NCBI RefSeq assembly: GCF_963921235.1
Contig: NC_086097.1
Coordinates: forward strand, 124,126,001 to 124,190,000
Direction: 5' to 3'
Source: Mobula hypostoma
Taxonomy: Eukaryota
Length of the DNA stretch: 64,000 nt
A program made the position numbers and the translations under genes. Of this stretch, positions 27,181-40,749 are shown in pieces. The notes below the pieces were generated by a model. The model saw nothing but the letters and a program-made list of their open reading frames with translations, was not told the origin of the DNA and ran no database searches. Position 1 is the first letter of the stretch. Every line of letters starts with the position of its first letter.

Positions 27181-27295
27181 TTAACTCAAATGGGATGGAT
27201 TTGCCAGCATGAATACAGCTTCAATAACATTCATGGAGCTTGGTACCATTCAGGATGAAGTAATCTGCTTAATCAGCACCCAATCCACCACTCTA

Positions 27296-27849
27296 CATTC
27301 AGCGGCCGTTTATTTGGTACAAGAGGTACCTAATAAAATGACCACTGAGTATATGTTTGTGGTGTTCTGCTGCTGTAGCCCATCACTTCAAGTTTTGATG
27401 TGTTGTGCATTCAGAGATGCTCTTCTACCCACCACTGTTTGGAACACATGGTTATTTAAGGTACTGTCACTTCCTATAATGTTGAAGTTTAGTATTTGGC
27501 CATTATCCTTTGATCTCTCTCATTAACAAGGTATTTTTGCCCACAGAACTGCTGCTCACTGGATGTATTTTATTTTTCACCCCATCCTCTATAAATTCTG
27601 GAGACTGTTCTTGAAAATCTGAGGAGATCAGCGATTTCTGAGATACTGAAAACACTCTGTCTGGCACCAACAATCATTCCATGGTCAAAGTCACATAGAT
27701 CTCATTTCTTCCCCATTCTGACGTTTGGTCTGAACAACAACTGAACCTCTTGACCAAGTCTGCATGCTTTTCTGCATTGAGTTGCTGCACTTGGTTGACT
27801 GATGAGATATTTGCATTAACAAACAGGTGTACCTAATAAAGTGACCAGT
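27296..27849 (-). mobile_element. Tc1/mariner deletion derivative, copy 2
   Basis: Colinear with 2349-2918 along its whole length, including the terminal double-TIR hairpin at 27296-27351. Confidence 0.85.
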
Positions 27850-27927
27850 ATATATATCATGCTTCTCAAATCTTTGTCAATAAAATCTTACTTTACAAGT
27901 TCATTTTTTTGTATAAACTTCTTATAG

Positions 27928-28069
27928 GTAAAGATGTAGAAGAACGTTTTATGTCCTTAAAGCAGCAAGGGAACGGTTTTGTGAAAAAGACACAGTACAA
28001 GGAAGCCATCACAAAGTATAGTGAATGCCTAAAACTGAAATCCAATGAATGTGCAATTTACACAAACAG
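27928..28069 (+). CDS. SPAG1: SPAG1 coding exon (start of last TPR block)
   Basis: cttatag acceptor and AG|gtaagg donor; 142 nt (2+138+2). Encodes KDVEERFMSLKQQGNGFVKKTQYKEAITKYSECLKLKSNECAIYTNR with the carboxylate-clamp K..GN and N. Confidence 0.93.
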
Positions 28070-29321
28070 GTAAGGAGCACGGTTACAAGGATTTGTTTAA
28101 ACACAACTTGCATGTATTCTTTTTTTATAAAGAGCATTCCTGTAGGAGCTGACTCATAAGAATAGCATGAAAACTTAGTTTAACACACCCAACTGTTTGA
28201 AATCTGTCCAGCCCTGGGGGATTTTTAGGTGGATTAGAAAATGAGTTTAAGGTTAGTCAGCTGGGATTCTCGTGATTACTCCTTTTCATACAAGTCATTT
28301 TTTCCCTTGACTATTTCAATTTTGAGGCACTTAATGGAGGTACTGAGTCTCCTATTCAGTTACATTTAGTGTATACAAGATCAGGAATGTAGCAATGTCA
28401 GGCTGGGTAACAGCTTCTAACTAACTGTTAAGACTTCTTAACACCCTGCTGCGGTTCAGCACACATGTACATTCTGTCTAAATGCCCTGCCGCCCCCACT
28501 TCCCAACTCACAGACACACTCTCATCCTGCACTGGTCACTTTTCATTTTTATGCTGCTATTTCACATATTTATTGGACTGCTTGCTTCCTCATAATAGTG
28601 CCGGTAACATTATACTCTCTTACCTCATATTTTATATCAACCCACAATCTTCAGGCCACGGCACTCAGGAACTTGTGCTAATATTTTTGTGTGATTGCTT
28701 GTGCTGGATCATAACTATATGTACTGCATTTTGTACCTTGGTCCCAGAGGAACTATGTTTCATTTAGCTACATGTATGTGTATGTTTGAATGATGAATAA
28801 ATTGAGCTTGATCTGAAAGGATTATTCTCAATGATTATCTATTCCATTGCTTTTGGAAAGGCCTCTATTCCTTCTCCTACTTAGTAATGTTTAAATGCTT
28901 TAGTTAGGCAAGCTTATAAAGGAAAAATTGTTCTTTAATTGATACTAAGTCTTTGAGCAACCGTTTGGTTTTAATGGTGTTAATGCCAAAGCTAAATGAT
29001 ATGTGATGTAATTGTGTGTCAGAATGAAAGATGGGGATGACGGTCTGTTGTAGCATGCCTGTATTCTGGAATGAAAGCAAGCCAACCTTGATAACAAAGG
29101 CCTGTCTATCAAAAAGAAAGACAAAGGGGTTCTTATAAAGGTGTGTGTAAAAATACAAATTCACTGTTTAAAACATGAGTTTTAAAGGTCCTCTTGAAAA
29201 TGCAAACTCAATGCTTAAAACATTAATATTAGCTAAGAATTTCTTAAAATCTTTCAAGCCATACTACAGAAGAGTAATAAAGTTAAATAAAGACTAATCT
29301 ATTCTTCTTTATTCTTCCTAG

Positions 29322-29448
29322 AGCATTATGTTATCTGAAACTTAGTCAATGCAAGGAGGCTGAAGACGATTGTAACATAGCTCTGCGGGTGGAACCCACA
29401 AATATAAAAGCATTGTATCGAAGGGCTCTGGCTTATAGAGGATTGAAG
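29322..29448 (+). CDS. SPAG1: SPAG1 coding exon (TPR)
   Basis: ttcttcctag acceptor and AAG|gtaagg donor; 127 nt. Encodes ALCYLKLSQCKEAEDDCNIALRVEPTNIKALYRRALAYRGLK with the clamp K...R. Confidence 0.93.
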
Positions 29449-30344
29449 GTAAGGCACATCAAATAAATACTGGAATTTTATCCACTACTGGCATTAATAG
29501 TTTTGCTGCTATCTGGAGATCTTGGAGGCAGAAATAGATCATCACTACCCTTTTACTCATCGATTGACGTTTATGGCCCAATTAAGCAGTCTTGCTCCTT
29601 AATTCAAGGTCAATCTGATTTTTAAAAAATTCTGCAAGCATGAATCATGCTTGAAGTAGACATTTTCACAGAAATAGACATTAGGAACCTTGAACAAGTA
29701 ATGCTAGTGTCTGAAGAGTGAAAAATTATGGGTTTGAGGGATGAGAGGGCAAGAAGCAGACTTTCAAATTAAAGAATATAGCAAAGGGATTATAATTGAA
29801 TTGAGACTCCCTTTTGGCAGGTTGAGCAATATACATTACTCAGATGCTGCAACTACATTAAGAAGCAGTCCCAGTTACCGGTAGGTTCAGGGGGTCTGAT
29901 CAGATATGCCTACCTGTGGTCCAAGAGCAGTTACTCCTATACATACAGACACTTGTGCTTACACTGACATTCACTTTCTTGACAGATGGTTGACAATTGG
30001 GTTTGGACCTTGCCTATTGTTTACTTATCTCCTAGTCAGCTCCAGTTAGCTGAGCAAATCCTCTGCCGTTTTACTGAACCTAGTGTCAGAGTAGAATCTT
30101 CAACCTGTGATCAGAATTTGAGGGAAAGCAGCAAGATAAATGGAGACTAACTTGGCTGTTAGTTCACCTAGATTAGCTTTTGCTTCTCATGATATCAAAG
30201 TGCCTGTTTTACTCCACACCCATAATCAATGAATTCTACAGGAAAAACCTGTTTGTTCATCTTGGCACTCTAAGTTCTAGGTGGACAAGTATTGTTCCAC
30301 TTCTTTTGATGCTATCCCATTTCAGATATCTAGATACATTCTTT

Positions 30345-30800
30345 TCTGAGGATCATCATCTTGTGGTGGAGAAACTTGAGTTCTTGAGATTCCAAGTGCA
30401 TTGCCATCTGGTGTGTAGCCATCTGATGCTTAACTCCTGGTAGGGTCATCCATGGTGTTAAGGTCAAGGGGAAGGTTTCAGACAAAGAGCAATACAGTGG
30501 TGGAGCTGGTGGAAGATGTTGACACATCACAATGGCAGTGAAGGTGGAGGAAGGCTGCAGTAGTGAAGGGTCCACAATCGTCTTGCATTTCATGCCACTG
30601 GACCTTGACCCCGATCAGCTGCCTGTGAATGAGCCTTCCCACATTAACAAAGACATGCACAGTCTTCCTCCATTAAGGGAATCGACTCTAACATCCCAGT
30701 TATGTGGATCCCTGATCGGCCTCTACAGCCACCTGAGGACCCACCAATAGGCAACCTCTTAGGAAAATATCATACCTGACTTGAGTGATCTCACTACTAT
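30345..30800 (+). mobile_element. Non-autonomous RTE-derived element, second copy
   Basis: Leader ggatcatcatcttgtggtggag...ggtagggtcatcca...cagacaaagagc. Ends with the RTE C-terminal remnant CGSLIGLYSHLRTHQ and a ctactat tail. Confidence 0.72.
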
Positions 30801-31650
30801 TGAGATGCTTTGCAACAATGGAATTTACTGATACTTTTGTAAACTGAATTTTGTGGCTCTGGTTACTTCACCAGAATTATTTAATTCTGCACTGCTATTG
30901 TGAATATGTTTCTAGGCGTCTTTTTGTAGGAGGAGGAACGTGGTCAAAGGAAGCATACCAGATAAATGTATTTGCACCTGAGTCACTTGATAATTTAAGA
31001 TGTAGGGTGTCACGGTAGCAGAGCAGTAATGCTATTACATCACTAGTGACCTGGATTCAATTCCCGTCGCTGTCTGTATGGAGTTGTGTTTCTACTGGAT
31101 GCTCCGGTTTCCTTCTGCATCCCAGAGACCTTCGGATAGTGGGTCAATTGGTGACGTGGTATAACTGGGCGGTGCAGGTCTTTGGGCTGGAAAGGCCTGC
31201 TACTGTACAGTATCTGTAAATATTTCACCTGCATGTAGTGATAGGAAAATGCAAGCTACAGTCGCTAAAGTAGGTTATTGTCAAAATGTATCTAGTCTTG
31301 CAACTAAATTGGAAAACCAATTCAACTATACTTTTATGGGTAGAGTTAGGTGGAAGAGTTGAGGTCCCATTAATCAATTACATTAAGATACTTCCATTTA
31401 ACAAATTGTAAACACAAGAGATTCTGTATATGCTGGAAATCTAGAGTAACACACATGTCATTCCCCATTCTGCCTCCTAGCTCTCACTTCATCCCACCTT
31501 CCTCCCCTACCCATCTTCCTCTTACCTAGCTTCACCTATCACCTTCTTCTAACTTGTAATCTTTTCCCTCCCACCCCACCTTCATATTCCAGCGTCTTCC
31601 CCCTTTCTTTTCAAATCGTCAACTCTTTATCCCTCTCCATAGATGCTGCC

Positions 31651-32036
31651 GGGGTTGGCAGATGGGGCTCGTCAGCTGTGGCTAGCAGCTCATCTAGGAG
31701 AAGGAAGTCTCTAATCAAATCTCCGCTGCCTTGCAACTATGCCTACTCATGGGGAAGACTTTGGGAGTAAACACTGAGGGAAAAACCTGGAGCTGGAGTC
31801 CCTAAGGCAGTCCTACATTGAGTCCAGTGGTGACTGTCAACCCCTGCGATGCTGCTGGTACCAAACTGTATTGGTTGCTGCCTTTCCTTTTGGTTCATCA
31901 GATGCGTGGAGAGGGGGAGCTTGTTACATGGGCAACAGCTTGCTCTCCATAATGTACTGCCCAGTCTTGCGTATCTAGATAGCGAGAATATAATATCCAT
32001 GGTCAACTCTGACCAATGGAGGCCTCACCTCACCTC
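31651..32036 (+). mobile_element. Short retroposon (probably RTE-derived) inserted into a Penelope terminal-repeat remnant
   Basis: 10-bp TSD agatgctgcc (31641-31650, 32037-32046) and (CCTCA)3 tail. The ctaggagaaggaa...aaatc motif resembles RTE leaders. Confidence 0.7.
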
Positions 32037-33756
32037 AGATGCTGCCTGACCTGTTGAGTTCCTCCAGAATTTAGTGTGTGTAACAATGAACAAATGCATT
32101 TTGTAGATCGGAGAATGACAACTCTGGTGTTTCTTTTGTAATTCCAAGCATGGAAACACCTTTAAAATGTCACTGTATCTGGGTAGACTTTGACAACCTG
32201 GAGTCTGGGGAAAGGAATCATTCAAAAACAGGGACGAGGCCAGCCATTTATGATCAGTAATGTCCTGTTTTGCACAGGGCCTCAACAAATAGTTGGGTAA
32301 CCTCTCCCACATGGAGAATCTTTTCCATAGTACACTGGGAAAAGAAATCTGCTCTAAAGGATGTGCAGGCTTTGGAATATATAAAGATGATCTTTAATAC
32401 CTTTATTTGACATATGTGCATCAAAACATACAGTAAAGTGTGTTGTTCTGTGTCGTCAACCAACGAAGTTTATGCTGGGGCAGCTAGCAAGTGTCACTAT
32501 GCTTCCAGTGCCAACATAACATGCCAACAATTCACTAACCTTAACAGTATGGAATGTGAGAGGAAACCGGAGCACCAAGAGGAAACCCACATGGTCACAG
32601 GGAGAACATTTAAACTCCTCAATAGACAGCGATGGGAATTGAACCCAAATCGGTGATTGTTGGCGCTGTACAGCAGTTGAACTAACCACTATGTTACTGT
32701 GCCATCCCTTTGATCTGCCCCAAAGAGCCACAAACATTTGATATAACGATGCTAATGATTCCATTCTCTCCTCACGAAACTCTGCCTTGATGAGCACAAA
32801 GTGCCACGCAACACATTATTAACCTCTTATTTGACAAAATAGTTCCACATTATTGTTTTTATTGCATGTCCATTTGTGGAATTTCAGCAACATCAAAAAG
32901 AATATCTTTTCATTAGCAATGTTGTAGAAAACCTTTCCACCATTTTTAAGATCAACACAATGAACTGTCTGATATCCATATAATAGACCTACTTGCTTCT
33001 ATCCATGTTTTAAATTGGTTGTTGGCTTTCCTGGATCAATAATTTAAAATTAAAATTAAAAACATTTTTCATGCAAATCCTATCAAAATTTGATCTCTGT
33101 GCAAAACAACACACAATTGAGCTCACCTTTCAGTTTCTACTCCTTTGTCCATTTTGAGTTCCACTCCTACCTTCTCAACTTCAATGTCACATAGGAGCTT
33201 GAGACATTCGGGCTTCTTTGCTCACATTCTGTTGTAAAGATTGTTTTTTCTATTTTACATCATAATCTGCTATTGAAATTTCTTTGCCATTCTGGTGTGA
33301 TTTTTCAAAGTCTATTTTGTGCTTCAGAGATTACAATAAATGTAGAAATGTTAACATCCCCTTTCCCAAATCATCCTATTTTGGCTTTTAAACTTCATCA
33401 GCTCCCTATTCTGCAGACATTTACCTCCACATTGCACACCTTTTAAAGGGGAAAGGTCTATAGAAACATGAATTGTAGTTGTTAAACATCATTTTCTTTC
33501 ATTATAATTGATTAGCCATATAAATCTCAATGAAGCAATGATTTAACCTTGTCTTATTATCTTATGAATTTGTGTGTGGTTCCAGCAATAGAGGCAGTAG
33601 TTACTCGGATTTGTGCTACTGGCATAAAGATTAATCGAATGCCATACAATTTCGTGGATTACAATCATTTTCAAAACAGTAGGGAGTGATTAAGTAATGG
33701 AAACTAAGGATACACAACTAATTTGAAGTAGTGTATAGGCACACTGACGGGAATGA

Positions 33757-35635
33757 TGACATAAGACCATAAGACACAGGAGTAGAATTAGGCCATTTGA
33801 CCCACCAAGTCTGCTCTGCCATTCAATCATCGCTAATCCTTTTTCCCCCTCCTCAGCGCCACTCCCCAGGCTTCTCCCGGTGATCTTTGATGCCATGTCC
33901 ATTCAAGAACCTATCAAGCTCTGCCTGGCCTAGCCTCTGCAGCTGCCTGTAGTAATAAATTCCACATATTCACCACCCTCTAGGTAAAGAAATTTCTCTT
34001 AAATATGTATGCCCCTCTACCCTGAGGGAATGTCCTCTTGTCCTAGACACCCTCACCATGGGAAACACCCTTCCCACATGTACTCTGTCTGGGCCTTTCA
34101 ACATACAAAAGGTTTCAATGAGATTCTCCCCCATCCTTCTAAATTCCAGCGCGTACAGACCCAGAGCTATCAAACATTTCTCGTATGATAACCCTTTCAT
34201 TCCCAGAATCATCCTCTGAACCCTCTCCAATGCCAGCACATCTTTTCTTCAATGAGGAGCCCAAAAATGTTCACAATACTCAAGGTGAGGACTCACCAGT
34301 GCCTTATGAAGCTTCAGCATTTCATCCTTTCTCCTGTATTCTAGACCTCTTGAACTGAATTCTAACATTGCTTTTGCTTTCCTCACAACCGACTCTACCT
34401 ACAAGTGAACCTTTAGGGTGTTCTGCACAAGGACTCCCAAGTTCCTTTGCTTCTCAGATTTTTTGGATTTTCTCCCCATTTAGAAAATAGTCTGCACATT
34501 TATTTCTACTACCAAAGTGCATGACCATGCATTTTCCAACATTGTATTTCATTTGCTGTTTTTCTTGCCCAATCTCCTAATCTGTCTAAGTCCTTCTGCA
34601 GTCTACCTGTTTTCTCAACACTACCTGCCCCTCCACTAACCTTCGTATCATCTGCAAACTTGGCAACAAAGCCATCTATTCCATCATCTAAATTACTGAT
34701 ATACAGCATCAAAAGAAACGGTCCCAACACCAACCCCTGCAGAACACCACTAGTCACTGGCAGCCAACCAGAAAAGGCTGGTAGCCAACCATTGGCTGCC
34801 TCCTACCAATCAGCCAATGCTCTAACCATGTTAGTAACTTTCCTGTAACACTATGGGCTCTTAACTTGGTAAGCAGCCTCAGGTGTGGCCTTCTGAAAGT
34901 CCAAGCACACAACATCCACTCCATCCCCTTTATCTATCCTACTTGTAATCTCCTCAAAGAATTCCAATAGGTTTGTCAGGCAATATTTTCCCTTAAGGAG
35001 ACCATGCTGACTTTGTCCTATCTTTTCCTGTGGCACCAAGTGCTTCGTAACCTCATCCTTAATAATTGACTCCAACATCTTCCCAACCACTGAGGTCAGG
35101 CTAACTGGTCTATAACTTCCTTTCTGCTGCCTTCCTCCTTTCTTAAACAGTGGAGTGACATTTGCAATGTTCCAGTCCTCTGGCACCATGCCAGAGTCCA
35201 ATGATTTTTGAAAGATCATTACTAATGCCTCCACAATCTCTACCACTATCTCTTTTAGGACCCTAGAGTGCAGTTCATCTGGTCTGGGTGATTTATGTAC
35301 CCTAAGGTGTTTCCTAAGCACCTTCTCCTTTGTAATAGTAACTGTACTCATTTCTCTTCCCTCACACCCTTCAACATCTGGCACAGTGCTAGCGTCTTCC
35401 ACAGTGAAGACTGATGCAAAATACTCATTTAGTTCATCTGCCATCTCCTTGTCCCCCATTATTATTTCTCCGCCCTCATTTTCAAGCAGTCTTATATCCA
35501 TTCTCATCTTTTATTTATTTTTTACAAACTTGAAAAAGCTTCTAACATCCACGTTGATATTATTTGCTAGCTTGCATTCATATTTCATCTTTTCCTTCCA
35601 AATGATTCTTTTAGTTGCTCTCTGTAGGGTTTTAC
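33757..35635 (-). mobile_element. 5'-truncated CR1 LINE
   Basis: ORFs 34851-35507, 34509-34757 and 33970-34239 are consecutive decayed ORF2 pieces (YRPVSLTS, KFADDTK); cataagac tail repeats. Confidence 0.93.
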
Positions 35636-37453
35636 AGGATGCAGGGGGGATATGTTCAAATTTGAGCTCTCAGTGAGGCAGAAAGCAAAATCAGCGTAGT
35701 TAAAATGAGGGATTTTAGATATTTTTTATACTATGAGGGAGCAGGATAGATCAAGCATAGTAACCACAAGTTTTTAAGGTGCATTTGTCATTGATTTCTG
35801 AAACATTATGCCTTAGAACCACAAGGAGATAAGCAGACTAGATTTAATGGTAAGTCACAAAGCAGAATGAGTTAACAATCTGACAGCACGCAAGTATCTT
35901 GCAAATAATGATAGTACTATTGAAGCAGACTTAATGCAATCGATATTGCACCTGAGAAACAACAATAATCTTCCCCCATTCTGCTCTGTGATTACCTAAC
36001 TTTACACATTCTGTGCTGGCACGTCATTCAATCTTTGATATTGATTCCTCTTTCTTTACTCGGGTGTCCTTGATTGAATTTGATACTCAGTATAAACAGG
36101 GGTCAGTAAGTAGAGTCATAGACAGACAGTACAGAACAGCTCCTGCAGTCTATTGAGTCCGTGCCGGCCATCAACCATCCTACACTAATTCTGTTTTTCA
36201 TTCTCCCATGCTGCCAGTAAATCCTTTCCAGATTCTACAACTCACCAACACACTAGGGGTGATTTATTGTGACCAATTGAAGTCTGAGCTGCATGTTTTT
36301 TTATATGTGGGAAGAAACCAGGGCAGCCAGGGGAAACATGGGTGGTCGCAGGTAAAACGTACATAATAGTTCGGCACGGACGAGATGGGCTGGAGAACCT
36401 GTTTCTGTAGTGCTATCATGACTCTATGATTGAAACTAGGAAGTTGTCACTGTTCCACTTATTCCATGTTGTTTATAGATTCGTACAGTAACTATCTACT
36501 GGGCTTGTTTTCCTGCATTCTCCTCTGAATCTAACCAAACGTACCATCTGGCTGCTGAGAAGGGGTGGAAATTAGATGGGGCACCGTAGCCAGGGATACA
36601 TAGAAATGGGTGCTGTTAGTAATTCTGAGGCAGGAGGGAGAGGCTGTGCAGAAGAAAACTTATGACAAGACTTTCTTAGAAAGCTCAGAGTAGTACTTCT
36701 GTGTTCATAGTCCTGAAGGGAACCTAAAACAAAAATTAAGCCTTATCTTCCTGGACATCTTCCAACCTGCATCCTAGTTCAAAATGGTTTTGGCTGTCAG
36801 GGAGGCTGTCTCAGCTCCAGCTAAAGTTTGCAGATCAAACTATAATCTGCATAGTTAAACATAACCCTGCTGTTTTCTAGGTGATTTATTGACCTCCTTT
36901 TTAATATTGGGACATAACAATGTTAAAGGCAATAAGCAGTTGGCATCATTTAACTCCCACCTTGTTATTCCCCTCGCTTGTACTTGTACGTCTTTCAGCA
37001 GTCAAAGTTAAATTTTGTGCTTCAAATTCAATTCTTCCAGAAAGCTAACTAACATACACCAGTTTCCTGGAATCTGAATTAAAACGCAGAGCCTTACAGT
37101 ACAGTGCAGGCCCTTTCGCCCATGATGTTGTGGTGACCTTATAACCTGCTCTAACCCTTCCCTCCAATTTTCTATTATCCATGTCTTATCTAAGGGATTT
37201 TAAATGTCCCTAATGTATCTGCCTCTACCACCACCCCTGGCAGGGTGCATCATGCGCCCACCATTCTCCATGTAAAAAAACTTAACCTCTGACATTCCCC
37301 CAATACTTTCCTCCTTAAAATTATACCCCCTGGTATTAGCTATTTCTGCCCGAGATTGAGACTCCTGTGGCAAGCCCAAAACAAAGTTCCTATTTAATAT
37401 GCAACTATGCTTGCTACAATTTCTGTTCTGTTAAAAGATTTTCTTTTCTCCAG

Positions 37454-37627
37454 AACTACACCGCCAGTATCAAAGATCTCAATAGATTACTGGAGCTTGA
37501 CTCAAATGTTACTGAAGCACGGAAAGAATTGCTGGAGGTGTCTGAAATTCTGGAAAAATTAGGGAGTGGATCCTTCTCCAAGACCAGCAGTCAAGAAAAG
37601 CAGAGAAAAAATATCCAGATACAGGAG
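37454..37627 (+). CDS. SPAG1: SPAG1 coding exon (end of TPR, RKxIxIxEV motif)
   Basis: ttttctccag acceptor and GAG|gtatgt donor; 174 nt, phase 0-0. Encodes NYTASIKDLNRLLELDSNVTEARKEL...QRKNIQIQE. Confidence 0.92.
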
Positions 37628-39839
37628 GTATGTGTTTTATTCTAAACCACCTTATAATTTGGCTTTGGCATGGTATTGTAGCAGTTAGCACCAATTACAG
37701 TGCTAGTGATCAGGATTCAATTCTGTGAGGAGTTTGTACATTCTCCCTGTGACCACGTGGGTTTCCTTCAGGTGCTCCGGTTTCATCCCACGTTCCAAAG
37801 ATGTATGGGTTGGGGTTAGTGAGCATGTTATGTCGGCACCGGAAGCATGGCGACACTTGTGGGCTGCCTCAGACTGTGAAGTAAAGCTACCACTCTAACT
37901 ATTCCCTCCCTCCATGCAGTGGCTTCGGGGTACACCACCTACCACCCAATGCCCTTAACATACCCACTTCAGGTATGATAACGCCACTTCCCAAGCCCGT
38001 GATTTGTACCACTAAGAAGGACAAAGGCAGGAGATGTGTGTGCAGTTTCCTCTTCTAGTATATTTAAAGTAGGGGTTGATAGGTTCTTGATTATTAAACT
38101 CCTGACAAATTCAACACTATGAGTGCATTGGCAGCAGGATGTAACAGTTCTGAAGTGCAGTTGACCATTATCTTCTGGTGAGCATTTAGCAACGATGTCC
38201 TGTAAGTAAATAAAAATTGAGCATGGTCTGTAAATTGTAGTGTAATTACAATTTTATAATCTCAATGAATTGAAGAAAATTGTAAAGTTAAAATAGGAAC
38301 ATAAAAAGCCTGCCAATTATGGTGAATTTGCCTCATCCCAGTTAACAAGATCTGTACTTTTCAGTATTGAAGAACCAGGCAGTTTATGCACCTTTTATAA
38401 TAGTTGTAGCTGTATTGCTGGAATTCCTCTGACAAAGTAGCACTATTTTATTCCATATTCCTTATCTATACTTTAAACTCTAATTTTATTTTTATATAAT
38501 TCTTTACTACTTATAATTGTTAAACATTGTTTTTTGTTTTCAACATTAGCAAATTACTAATGCCATGTAAATGTGTATGGTGAATAAAGTTGATCCTGGA
38601 TCCTTGAACTGGGTGGACGAAGAAGGGCTGAGGAGCGTTACTGCTTCAAAAATAAGCTTGCCAGGTTGTTAACTAAGAAGATCCATTGTACATTGTACTA
38701 AGGAGTTCAGAAATTTGAAATAAGACAAAGAGGCTGACAGCACTCTGCATAATGGAAGTATTAATCAAGCTGATTGGAGTCAGGAGAGAGGATGGCAACT
38801 TCTGTTACAGATCGAGATTAAAGGGATTGATTGATTGTGATCATTGAGTACCTGGCACAAAGGTTCAAAGTCCAGACTGAGCTGATTTAAAATATAGACC
38901 CCCAATGTGGTCCCTTTATTCATATCTGATTCAAAATAATGATATAATTGGGAATTTAAAAATTAACCATCCATGTTTTTTTCATAACCTCTCCAATAGC
39001 TCTCAGCTGGACTGAATAATGTTCTGCAAGTAAACACAATGTTATTTAGCAGTGAACACTAAGACGGTGCTTAAATCTTTTTTTAAAATATTCACTCTCA
39101 AAAGTTGTTTACTTGAAGTACTAAATTTAATTTCATCCACCAGTCTTTTAAAACTGCAAATGAATGTGATGTGTTAGTCTGATAAACAAAGCTAGGCCCA
39201 GTGTTTAGGATAAAGAAGTTTAACAATCAGGAAGGAAGATATTAAAGATCAAAACTATACAAGAGACAAAATCCTAACTTTTACCAAATAAAATTAACTT
39301 AAAGTGCACTATTTTATCAGTGTTTTCACTTTGTTTTAATTAAGTTAAAGCAAGAAGTAGTTCACAATTTTCTTTGGACGATTTGCTGCATGTCACTTTG
39401 CTTAGCTGAATATTTCCCACTCAAATGAACTCCAATTTTCAAGATGTTCAACTTATTTTAAAACAATTGAAGTTAAAATACTTTGCCAGGCATCTAACTT
39501 CAGTCAAAGTGACGAATCATTTTCTCATTTAATGTAATCCAAGTTGAGCACTCCTGGTTTTTTTTTTTGCTGCCTTTCCTGAAAGTGAATGCATTTCTAC
39601 TTTTGGAAGTCTATGGAATCTCAGCCAAATAAACATTCTTATAGCGTGAGTCTGGCTTGTGAGAAATGGCAGGGTACTAAATTTCAACTGTTAGAACAAT
39701 GTTCAACTTATCATAACTTGACTAAAATTATTCCAATTTAACACAGACCTTCCTGATACATTTTTGTGGTTCAGTGTATTACACACCATCGAATTGTTTC
39801 CTTATTAACATCTTAAATTTGAAGAAATGTGCACTATTA

Positions 39840-40275
39840 GACCGCAAGTCATTTGGACCATCGAGTCTGCTCTGACATTCCATCATAGCTGATTTATTAC
39901 ATCTCTCATCCCTTTCTCCTGCATTCTCCCCATAACCTTTGATACCCTTACTAATCAAGAACCTATCAATCTCCACTTTAGATATACCCAATGAGTTGGC
40001 TTCCACGACCATCTGTGGCAATGAATTCCACAGATTCACCACCCTCTGGATAAAGAAATTCTTCCTCATCTCTGTTCTACATGGACACACTTCTATTTTG
40101 AGGTTATGCCCCCTGGTACTAGACTCCCCCACTATTGGAAACAACCTCTGAATATCCACTCTATCTAGGTCTTTCAGTATTCAGTAGATTTCAATGAGAT
40201 CCACTCCTGTTCTAAACTCCAGTGTGTAAAAGGCCCAGAGCCTTTTACACTCCTCGTATGTTAACTCTTTCATAA
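39840..40275 (-). mobile_element. CR1 3' fragment
   Basis: RLFPIVGESSTRGHNLKI...RKNFFIQRVVNLWNSLP. Further short CR1 3' ends lie at about 1790-2030, 3225-3500, 5745-6010, 43180-43550, 44770-45470, 47405-47575, 50535-50790, 51715-51930, 53803-54010, 54855-55425 and 56925-57455. Confidence 0.85.
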
Positions 40276-40749
40276 ACAAGCTCTGAATAAGTTGCAGCCT
40301 GCAAAACAAAATTTTCAGATGCTGGAAAATTGAAATAAAAATAAAGTGCTGAAGATGCTCAGGTTATCCGCCAGCATCTATCTAGGAGAAGTCCACTTAT
40401 GACGGTATTAAAATCTCACTGTTTGTCTGTACACTACAATATAAGCATTCACCTATCCAAAATCCTTTGGCGCTTACACAGTAGAAAACAATCATATGTT
40501 GTCATGTATCTCAAATCAGTATGGGATCGTAGTTCTTTCATTGAGAAACCTGTGCCAGCAAAAATATTAGAAGCTTCTCTTGTGTTTTAAAACAGTGCTG
40601 GTATCATGGTATCATGGGTCAAGAGTGATAGGGAGCCCAAATTTTTAATGGACTGCCCATTTTTAGCTTAAGCTAAAATTAAGCTTAGTTTTCTGTATTT
40701 CTTCAACGCCTCATCAGAAAGGAAGTACAGGAGCCCAAAGACACACACT

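Noticed and set aside
27835..27840. Sense AATAAA in Tc1 TIRs as intronic poly(A) sites (also 2386, 2901, 27332)
   Set aside because: They are an intrinsic part of the TIR and common in AT-rich introns; there is no supporting evidence of use.
20516..37627. Assignment to TOMM34 or RPAP3 instead of SPAG1
   Set aside because: TOMM34 lacks the RPAP3_C-type domain found downstream, and the WREKLSPIP linker and PTNAYEFGQ motif fit SPAG1.
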